64,000 nt of DNA from NCBI GenBank assembly GCA_024998565.1, contig JACOEM010000012.1:45403-109402 (forward strand), in the 5' to 3' direction. The notes under the pieces are model-generated. The model searched no databases and was not told the origin of the DNA. It was given only the letters and a program-made list of their open reading frames with translations. Numbering within the stretch: the stretch's first letter is position 1; every line of letters begins with the position of its first letter. This document shows, in pieces, positions 41,973-49,614 of the stretch. This DNA comes from Nitrospira sp. GTDB lineage: Bacteria > Nitrospirota > Nitrospiria > Nitrospirales > Nitrospiraceae. Made by a program: the position numbers and the translations under genes.

Positions 41973-42173
41973 CGACCCTTCCTTTGGGTTCTCAGGCGGA
42001 AGCCTAACTTTTGGGCGGGAGGATTCAGTTTCAAGGAAGCGCTCGCCGATTGCCTAAAGATTTTGCGCGAGCCTCTGAGGAACCTCGAAATGTCGATCTA
42101 ATGAGGTTATATTTCGATAATCTTTAATGCAGAGGGGTGCCGGAAAGGCAAAGGCTGAACGAAAAAAGGATCC

Positions 42174-43403
42174 ATGAGAATTAAACTAAAAAAAGGGACG
42201 CCTCAGTGGTTCAAGTGGAAACTTAGTTTCTTAGGTGAGCCCGCTCCGATTAATCCGATGGCACTGTTTGCTGGAAACATGTGGAGTTACTTCGATCCTG
42301 GATCTCCAAATGAAAGATATGAAAATTTCATACGGAACGGCCGGCATCCTCTATCGACCTTTTTGGATAGCATGCTTCTGTATGACAAGGTTATTGTCCC
42401 AACTCATGACTTCATGTCGGTTGTTATTTTGATAAGTGTTTTTGGAGAAGATGGCGTTGCAGAGCTGATTGAAAATAATGCAGTTAGTTTTGTACGTGTG
42501 AAAGGGGCACTTGCGTACATAGGGAACGGGGGTGGCCTTGCATCATACGACATTCTTCACGACCAAACTCGCCCTGTAGATCAATTTGCGGATGATGATT
42601 CAACCTTGGAGTGGGCCCTGAATGGGCTCAGTACGAAGCCGAGAAGGGTGAACTTAAGTAGGATGATCCTTGAGAACACCCAAACATTCCCGATGGAGAA
42701 GATGGTTTCTCTGATCCGCGAGGAGTCCTACAAGGATATTTTAGATGGCCCATATTTAAGGACTGCTTTTAGCCTCAGGAATACCAGTCTTGATCATTTG
42801 TTTGGTGTTGAGCCCAATCAATTTAGGTGTGGGGAAATTCAGACTTTCGAAGAGCGAGATGAAATTGATTCCGTTCTTAGAATCGCCCGCGCCAATCTAG
42901 AAATGTTGCTTGCATTACAGACTGGTTGCACGGATACAGCTACTGGAACGCCTGTTGGTCACGTATTGAAGGCGAAACAGCAGCGAGGCAGTGCTAGATC
43001 TAGTCCTTTTGAGAGATTTGGATCCCTGAAAGAAATTACAGAAGTTCCCGATATCGCGAGTTATGTAATAGATGCTTCGATTCCAGATAGACCAGCACGC
43101 CTGCATGACATTTTGATTAAGCGAGGGACTAGAGATGCTGTTCAATTTAGAGCGTGGTTTCATGAAAAGTGTCGTGACAGTCCTCACGTAATTGCCAAGG
43201 AATACGGGAGATTAATGCATGATATTCCATTTGTTTCGACTCACAAAGGCAAGACTTTGCGTCTTTTGGCTACGACAATGGCGGGAGTGTATGACCCCGC
43301 TCTGGGCTTGGTAACCTCCATCGCAGACAGCTTTCTTGTAGATCTTGTGCGGAAACGAAACCCGAAGTATTTTATTGAGGATCTACGGCAAATTAATAAT
43401 TAA
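42174..43403 (+). CDS. Hypothetical protein (AT-rich cargo; start uncertain)
   Basis: 409-aa ORF, no recognisable motif, AT-richer than core genes. Confidence 0.7.
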   Translation: MRIKLKKGTPQWFKWKLSFLGEPAPINPMALFAGNMWSYFDPGSPNERYENFIRNGRHPLSTFLDSMLLYDKVIVPTHDFMSVVILISVFGEDGVAELIENNAVSFVRVKGALAYIGNGGGLASYDILHDQTRPVDQFADDDSTLEWALNGLSTKPRRVNLSRMILENTQTFPMEKMVSLIREESYKDILDGPYLRTAFSLRNTSLDHLFGVEPNQFRCGEIQTFEERDEIDSVLRIARANLEMLLALQTGCTDTATGTPVGHVLKAKQQRGSARSSPFERFGSLKEITEVPDIASYVIDASIPDRPARLHDILIKRGTRDAVQFRAWFHEKCRDSPHVIAKEYGRLMHDIPFVSTHKGKTLRLLATTMAGVYDPALGLVTSIADSFLVDLVRKRNPKYFIEDLRQINN

Positions 43404-43479
43404 TTAGTATGTTGGTTTTGACGGGCAGTGTTATTGGGAACTGATTCGCTTCCCACCAATCTACGGCAACGTACAAACC

Positions 43480-43527
43480 CTGATCCCGGTTTTAGTCCCG
43501 GTTCCACTCCCGATTTTGCTCCCGGTT
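43480..43527 (+). repeat. Four tandem 12-bp units (xxxxTCCCGGTT), probable arm sites at the right end of element 1
   Basis: CTGATCCCGGTT TTAGTCCCGGTT CCACTCCCGATT TTGCTCCCGGTT. Confidence 0.75.
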
Positions 43528-43646
43528 GGGAGTCCTCTTTAGTCGTAAATGGGCACCAATAAAATGTCGTAACACCTTGTTATTTAATGGCCTTACTCTC
43601 TGTCTGTCGCTGTTGATCTTCATGGGTCGTAGAGCCCTCGGGCAAG

Positions 43647-43691
43647 CTGCAAAACTGCGATGCGGCGGTTCGAACCCGCCCGGCGCCTCCA
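43647..43691 (+). repeat. att copy 2: 45-bp duplicate of tRNA-Cys 3' half
   Basis: Identical to 34986-35030; starts exactly at the first base of the anticodon loop. Confidence 0.95.
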
Positions 43692-43919
43692 TACCCTGCT
43701 TGCTCGATCCGGATCCCTTACGATTGTTCTTGGCGACGGAATAAGCACCTCCCTGGCATTCCGGGTAATTTTTCCTGACTAGGCCCCGCCCCTCGTCATT
43801 CCCCTTGCTCCCGGTTTTACTCCCGGTGCGGTTCAGACTTTCACGGCGATCCCTTTCAACCGGCTCTATTGCACGGGACTCACGTGATGGCGATAAGGCT
43901 GAGCCGAGCTGATCAATTT

Positions 43920-44194
43920 CTCCCTGTCACCAGTCTTTTATCCGTGACGAGTGACAGGGAGCTATACCCCTTCCTCATGCCAGGCGGCGAAGCGTCAGCT
44001 TGGCCGTCGGTCTGTTCCATCGTTCGCGACAAACAATGAAAGAAGAAACCGAAGTTGAGACCATCGGAATGCTTACGAGTGCGGACGTTCCGCCCAACGA
44101 GGCCCGCCGGCCGCTTCGGGTCCTGCGGACCGGACGGCCGAGGGGATCGGGGGCGCAGCCCCCGCTTCACTTGATCTATATGGTCAAAGTAGGA
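43920..44194 (+). repeat. Origin-like module copy B
   Basis: 11-bp IR CTCCCTGTCAC/GTGACAGGGAG, 23-mer GGCGAAGCGTCAGCTTGGCCGTC, 95-bp core 44100-44194. Confidence 0.8.
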
Positions 44195-44263
44195 TGGCCG
44201 AATTGCCGAAAAAGTGAGCTTGAAGTAGTATCGTTTAACACTTCGCTTGAGCGAAATTCTCCA

Positions 44264-44608
44264 ATGGACATTACCGGTGCAAGCCCAGGAAGATTTGAAT
44301 TAGGAATACGGCTATTCCTTGAGGGGCAGGCTGTTCTCTACAACGAGGTCGTTTTTTGGAAAGATGGGGACAAAGCCTTGCATGTGAATAGCTACTCCGA
44401 CTGGAACTGCGAAAATACGACTCCTGACATGGCACGACAAAAAATTGAGAGGTCTAAGGCAGTCTTAGAAGAACTTTCCGAGAAGAGCAATGAATTCTCG
44501 GAAGTAGCTAATCGGTTGCCGCATGCACACTATTTTTGTCATGACTGTGGAAACGCGGGCATAGTTTTAGCCAAAGAATTAAACGGTGAGTTCACCTGGC
44601 TGTGCTAG
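44264..44608 (+). CDS. Small hypothetical protein (immunity-protein-like size and composition)
   Basis: 114 aa from MDITGASP; the upstream part of the tracked ORF runs through the origin repeat and is probably non-coding. Confidence 0.55.
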   Translation: MDITGASPGRFELGIRLFLEGQAVLYNEVVFWKDGDKALHVNSYSDWNCENTTPDMARQKIERSKAVLEELSEKSNEFSEVANRLPHAHYFCHDCGNAGIVLAKELNGEFTWLC

Positions 44609-45020
44609 AGCCATGCAATTATATCCTAGGCTTCTTGGACAAAGATCTTAGGCTGATCTCAGCAGTTCAAATTTCAGCGTCCGACACGGATACAGTCCGT
44701 TGAGCAATTTGGACGCCATACATACTTTTTCATTCTTCGAGGGCTAACGCTCGAAGCCTTGGTCACCACAGCAGGAATAGGTTTAAACGGTATCCTTAGA
44801 CGCGTAAACCTCCTGTCGCAACCATAGATCTCTTACCTGAGCACAGCATTCCGGTAGCGGCGAAAACTACGCCCCCTACGTCTGCGGGCTTTTGAATAAA
44901 GAATTCCGCAGATACCATCCAATCTTTGCCATTGCTGGTTCAAGTTGTGACGGGTTCTTCTTTCCACTAAGCACTCTGCCACCGCTAGTGACATGTGCCT
45001 TAACCAGAGGGAGAAATGGT

Positions 45021-45536
45021 GTGAACAACGAATTTGTTCAGGTCTGTGTTGACGATGGCACCATCGCAGCCGGAGATCCGTGGGAAGTCATGGAGCCGGT
45101 TTTGTGGTCAGCTAATATCTATGATGGGCCAGAGCAATACGAAATAAGTCTGTCAGGATTTTCGATTCCCCAGCGCCTTGTCTACGCCTTGATGTGGTAC
45201 CGCATTGAAGTCAACAATGGCGGCCACGATCAATTCTATTTCAACTCAACTGGAATAGTGTGGAAGGACGCCTTGAACGCGTTCGAGGCGCTGGAGCTCC
45301 CCGAGTTCGCCAATATCCTCAGAGGGTCGACGGAACGGCTGGGTGGATCGCCTTCGCTTGATCGTCAGGCGCGTAACGAACAGTTAGAATCGATTGAGCC
45401 AGACTTCGACGATCTAGACGAGGCGTTTTACGAGGCCGAGAAAAGAATGGACCTTGATCATCGGATCATGAGTTTCATACGTGCACGACCTTCAGCTTTT
45501 TATTTTGTTGGAGAAGTTAGGAAACCTGCGGACTGA
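45021..45536 (+). CDS. DMP19/DUF4375-family protein
   Basis: EVNNGGHDQFYFNSTG signature, very acidic (FDDLDEAFYE); GTG start behind GAGGGAG. Confidence 0.75.
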   Translation: MNNEFVQVCVDDGTIAAGDPWEVMEPVLWSANIYDGPEQYEISLSGFSIPQRLVYALMWYRIEVNNGGHDQFYFNSTGIVWKDALNAFEALELPEFANILRGSTERLGGSPSLDRQARNEQLESIEPDFDDLDEAFYEAEKRMDLDHRIMSFIRARPSAFYFVGEVRKPAD

Positions 45537-45739
45537 GGCGGTTCAGACCGTTTGTACCCTTGAAGATACATTACATTTGAGATGCTCGGCAATTGAGGAC
45601 AGCCTGCAGTAGGCATGGTTAGGCCTTGGTTAGCTGGAATATGTAGCCTCGGTGATCGGTTAGATAGGCCTGCCGGAGACAACCGCCCCTCCTACATCAC
45701 ATTGTATTGATTGCAACAGCTCTGACCTCGTGAGGGTAT

Positions 45740-46159
45740 ATGCCCTGGTGTATATCATTCCAAATCTATGGTGAAGAATTTCATCCTAGTCGGGTTCCGT
45801 TCCAATTCACTAAGCAACACGACCCTGGCATTATCGGACGCAGAGGACGTTACCGCGGGCGACCAGTTCTCTATGGGTCTGCATCCTATGAAGTTCCTTC
45901 TTCAATTCCAAATATTGACAGGATCAGGCATGTGGTTGAAACCTTTGAGCCTCTATTGGGCGATATTCGCGCTGCAGGTGCTACAGAGTGGCATATTGAT
46001 ATCTGTCGTTATTTCAACGCCCAGTGCAATGAAGCTTATTCACTCGACGATTTGCTATTGATCGCTCGGCTTCAGTGTGGATTCTGGTATTCAGCCTACA
46101 GTGTCTCGAAGAAAGAAGAGAAGAGATTGCAACGGGAATTGGGAGGATTTCGGCCATGA
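45740..46159 (+). CDS. Small hypothetical protein, weakly DUF4279-like
   Basis: FQIYGEEFHP...G pattern; GAGGG RBS; family call tentative. Confidence 0.5.
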   Translation: MPWCISFQIYGEEFHPSRVPFQFTKQHDPGIIGRRGRYRGRPVLYGSASYEVPSSIPNIDRIRHVVETFEPLLGDIRAAGATEWHIDICRYFNAQCNEAYSLDDLLLIARLQCGFWYSAYSVSKKEEKRLQRELGGFRP

Positions 46160-46538
46160 GTTACCCGTTGCCGAAAAGGTAATAAGCGAAGCCCCATTCG
46201 TGGCCTCCCGCTGGGCTCACTAGAAACATGAGTTCCATTGAGATTGAAGGCTCCGATGCTGGCCTGACTCAGCGGCACTAAGCGGATGCTGAATGATAGG
46301 AAATACTTCTAGACATTTGAACCGGTGGCGTCCGATTCGGAGACAGGCCGTTGAGGTGTTCTGCCTTTCGAAACAGTTACGTCGGCGTACAAACCCTGGT
46401 CCCGGTTTTGCTCGCGGTTGGGAATCCGCTTCGGTGGCAAATGGGCACAAGGAAAAGTTGTTAAGCTATTACGCTTCTTGATTATTCTTTTCTGTCGATC
46501 GCTGTTGATCATCATCTGTCTTACGGCCATCGGGCAAG

Positions 46539-46550
46539 CTGCAAAACTGC
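46539..46550 (+). repeat. att copy 3 (5' part only: CTGCAAAACTGC)
   Basis: Preceded by CGGGCAAG as at copy 2; homology to the tRNA stops after ACTGC. Confidence 0.75.
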
Positions 46551-46731
46551 ACTGTAGGAAAATAAAACGGGGGAACCTTCGCCATACACACCGCTAGTAG
46601 CCGACACCCGCCGAACATGCAATGCGTGCGTCCTTATCAAACAGTCCTTTAGCATTTTACTTATCGCGGCAACCAGCGTTGGTTCATGCTAGTCTGCAGC
46701 ATAGCAGACGACCTTCTACCTGAGAGGACTC

Positions 46732-48477
46732 ATGGCCCCTGAACCTATTTTTTTTCGAGATCTCGCGTATGTCTTTATCGCTGCGGTCCTAGGCGGGGCC
46801 TCCGCCTATCTGCTTCGTCAACCGTTGATTCTGGGCTATGTCTTCGGCGGCATTCTGATCGGCCCCTTTACCCCTGGTCCCTCTATTTCGGATGTCCATA
46901 GTTTCGAATTGTTCGCCGAGATTGGCGTGATCCTCTTGATGTTCTGCATCGGGATCGAATTTTCCTTAAATGATTTGTTACGAGTTCGGTGGGTCGCCCT
47001 GCTGGGAGGGCCACTCGGCATTTTCCTCTCCATTCTCCTCGCTGTCGGTCTGAGCCATGTTGTGGGATGGAGTTGGATTCAAAGCGTGGTGATCGGGTCG
47101 GTGGTGTCCGTGGCGAGCACGATGGTTCTGGCGCGCTTGCTGCTGGACAGTGGAGATTTGCGTGCCAAGCATGGCCGGGTGATGATCGGGATCACACTCG
47201 TGGAAGATCTGGCGGTGGTTGTGCTCACCGTCCTGCTTCCGGCGCTCGGTGCTCTGGAACCAGGCCGCTTTGCCACGATTGGAAAGGCCTTGTGGCTCGC
47301 GGTCCTCATCCTGGTTCCCTTCGCCTATCTCGCGGCGAAAGCCATTCCTCCGTTGTTGACACGCATTGCGAAGACACAAAATGCCGAACTCTTTCTGCTG
47401 GTAGCGTTGTCTATAGGAATCGGCACGGCAGCCGTCACACAGATGGCGGGGTTGTCCCTGGCGCTCGGCGCGTTTCTGGCAGGATTGATCATCAGCGGCT
47501 CAGAATATGGTCACGAAACCTTAGCCCGCCTCCTGTCGCTCCGTGACGCTTTCGTGGCTCTGTTTTTTGTGACGATCGGTGTCCTCATCGATCCGCGCGT
47601 GGTGTGGGCCAATCTCCCGTTGCTCGGCCTCATGCTCGGATTGATTATCGTGGGGAAATTCGTCATTTGGACGCTGGTCGTGAGGCTGTTTCGTTATGCT
47701 TGGGGCACCGCCCTGCTCGTGGGCGTCGGTCTCACGCAGATTGGCGAATTTTCTTTCGTGTTGGTTCAGGTCGCTAAAACGGCGGGACATGTGAGCGAGG
47801 ATGTGTATAATGCCACCCTGGCCGCTTCGCTGCTGAGCATTCTCCTCAACGCGCCCCTCGTTCGGTATGCGCCTGGGTGGATCGCTGCATTACATTTTAA
47901 AATGGGACGAGTGTCCTTGCCCATTCAAGGCGGGATTTCTGACGAGCAAGCCGGGCATGTGGTGCTGTGTGGGTTCGGTCGCATGGGCAGTGCGGTGGGA
48001 CTCGCCCTCGATCATTTTGAGCTTCCGTACACCGTGATTGAGCGCGACCCGGACATCGTTCGACAGTTGCGCCGACGCGGAATTTCCTGCGTCTACGGGG
48101 ATGCCTCGCAAACTGAGCTGTTGAAAGCGGCCGGTGCCCAACATGCGGCGTTGGTGATCGTGGCGCTTCCGGTCATTCACGAGACGTCGCTTACCGTTCG
48201 ACGATTTCGGGGGCTGAACGAAAAAATTCCCCTTCTCGCCCGAGCGCATGGCTTTAGGGAGGCTGAGGACCTGAAGGAGGTGGGAGCGACGGAAGTTATC
48301 CTGCCCGAGGTCGAGGGGGCACATACCTTGATCCGACACGCCTTCCAGGCCTTGAAGGTCTCGAAGTCGAGCATCCTCGATTATCTTAAGTCCTGCCAAG
48401 CGTTTCGATCGTCCGGTGAGGGACCTGATTCAGGGAACGTGGAGGCCGGGAAGGCTGGCGCTGGGCGAAGTACGTGA
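46732..48477 (+). CDS. CPA2 cation:proton antiporter with TrkA-N/KTN domain (Kef/YbaL-like)
   Basis: IGVILLMFCIG, SVASTMV, EDLAVV, GAFLAG, QIGEFSFV, CGFGRMG, YGDAS. Confidence 0.9.
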   Translation: MAPEPIFFRDLAYVFIAAVLGGASAYLLRQPLILGYVFGGILIGPFTPGPSISDVHSFELFAEIGVILLMFCIGIEFSLNDLLRVRWVALLGGPLGIFLSILLAVGLSHVVGWSWIQSVVIGSVVSVASTMVLARLLLDSGDLRAKHGRVMIGITLVEDLAVVVLTVLLPALGALEPGRFATIGKALWLAVLILVPFAYLAAKAIPPLLTRIAKTQNAELFLLVALSIGIGTAAVTQMAGLSLALGAFLAGLIISGSEYGHETLARLLSLRDAFVALFFVTIGVLIDPRVVWANLPLLGLMLGLIIVGKFVIWTLVVRLFRYAWGTALLVGVGLTQIGEFSFVLVQVAKTAGHVSEDVYNATLAASLLSILLNAPLVRYAPGWIAALHFKMGRVSLPIQGGISDEQAGHVVLCGFGRMGSAVGLALDHFELPYTVIERDPDIVRQLRRRGISCVYGDASQTELLKAAGAQHAALVIVALPVIHETSLTVRRFRGLNEKIPLLARAHGFREAEDLKEVGATEVILPEVEGAHTLIRHAFQALKVSKSSILDYLKSCQAFRSSGEGPDSGNVEAGKAGAGRST

Positions 48478-48512
48478 ATGTCTGAATTAACTGCGGCGTC
48501 ATCCAATCTCTT

Positions 48513-48550
48513 ACTGCGATGCCGCGGTTCGAACCCGCCCGGCGCTTCCA
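48513..48550 (+). repeat. att copy 4 (3' part, 2 mismatches to tRNA-Cys)
   Basis: ACTGCGATGCCGCGGTTCGAACCCGCCCGGCGCTTCCA, 36/38 identical to 34993-35030. Confidence 0.85.
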
Positions 48551-48667
48551 AACAGAGCTTGCTCGACCCGGAGCCTTTACGATTGTTCTTGGTGCCGGGA
48601 TAACCTAGTCATCACCTTCTCGTTCATTCTGTTTCTGCCTGCCGGCAGCCCGTGCTGATACCGGCGT

Positions 48668-49156
48668 TCAGCGGCTCACCTCGGCAATTCGCCGTTCTTG
48701 TTCTTTTAGTTTCCGACTTGCGGCAAGGGTGTCCGGATCCAGCAGGCCATGGAGAATCTCCTGTCTCAGTTGCATGAACAGCGGCTCGTGCCTGACGGAT
48801 GCGGGCTGACCGCCTTGCAGCAGGGTGAGCCAGCGAGTGCTGGAGGCGGCATAGCGGCCGTTCGGCACGGTGGTGCGCAATTCTTGGAAGGCGTGGATCG
48901 CATCCTCGCGGTTCTCAAATAACGCGACCAGGCCCCTGAGGTACGTCACCTCTTCACAGCTGGCGTTCTGCTGGCAATTCGCCCGCCGCGCTTCCTGGGT
49001 TCGGCTCACCACCTGCAATGCCTCTCGCTCTTTTACATCGGTCTCAAAAAAAGCGCTGCTCGGCAGCGTGACAAACGGCCCCGCACCGGCACAACCAAAG
49101 AAGCCGCTGATGAGCAGTACCCAGAGTGAACTGTGCGCAACGTTTCTTCCATTCAT
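48668..49156 (-). CDS. Hypothetical lipoprotein (helical/TPR-like)
   Basis: Lipobox-like FFG-C after hydrophobic stretch; helical body. Confidence 0.6.
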   Translation of the reverse strand: MNGRNVAHSSLWVLLISGFFGCAGAGPFVTLPSSAFFETDVKEREALQVVSRTQEARRANCQQNASCEEVTYLRGLVALFENREDAIHAFQELRTTVPNGRYAASSTRWLTLLQGGQPASVRHEPLFMQLRQEILHGLLDPDTLAASRKLKEQERRIAEVSR

Positions 49157-49614
49157 ACAATACCTCCAGGTAGTAACCGGATCGACAGCTTGTGTGCATG
49201 TCATTGGTTCTGTCGGGTGATCGCCGGCTCGCCTCTCCGTCCAGCCCGGCGAGTCCCAACATTCGATGTGACGGACTTGCAGGCTGAGTCCCGCCTGGCG
49301 AGGATGCCTGGCTCAGATTGCCCGGTGGTCTCTAAGGAAAGACTCGATGCAACGGTGGCTGAATTCGAGAGGATGACGACAGGACAGTTGCAGCACCGGA
49401 GTAGCCCGGGATTGTGTGTGAACACGTCAGCACGGATGGCCGCCTTTCGAGCGTTGTCGGCGGTGGCAGGCCGCAAGCAAACGACAGGGAATCACACACA
49501 CGGAGTGTAACTCTTACCGTAAGCTTTCCCCTCAAGAAAAGCAAAGGGTGGTCCGGCATACGTCGCCGGGGGCGGCTGAGGCAACGGGTTTCGTTGGCTG
49601 CGGGGGGAGCAGGT

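Larger units (their letters stand above)
34986..43691. mobile_element. Element 1: tRNA-Cys-integrated element (int, Zn-finger, xis, Rep-like, TCS, cld, orphan)
   Basis: Bounded by identical 45-bp direct repeats of the tRNA 3' half (34986-35030, 43647-43691); contains tyrosine integrase; AT-richer than flanks. Confidence 0.9.
43647..46550. mobile_element. Element 2: non-autonomous att-bounded mini-element
   Basis: Left arm repeats 43805-43828, origin-like module 43920-44194, right end 46386-46550 homologous to element 1 right end; no int/rep ORF. Confidence 0.7.

Noticed and set aside
41865-42101. ORF sharing the peptide GSGAQPPLHLIYMVKVG with the N-terminal part of ORF 44000-44608
   Set aside because: The shared peptide is just the translation of the repeated hairpin/origin DNA; flanks are unrelated and there is no RBS
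43480-43527. CRISPR-like array
   Set aside because: Units are 12 bp, contiguous, without spacers, and there are no cas genes
43647-43691. Second tRNA-Cys gene
   Set aside because: Lacks the 5' acceptor strand, D arm and 5' anticodon stem; it is an att duplicate
44609-45739. Integron attC sites between the small element 2 genes
   Set aside because: No RYYYAAC...GTTRRRY paired cores or shared repeats seen in the spacers
46575-46610. Fluoride-riboswitch-like fragment (TTCGCCATA...GACACC) upstream of the antiporter
   Set aside because: The 5' GGCGATGGTGT needed for P1 and the pseudoknot is absent; an Infernal search with RF01734 would settle it
46551-48512. IS or composite transposon around the antiporter
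   Set aside because: No transposase and no terminal inverted repeats
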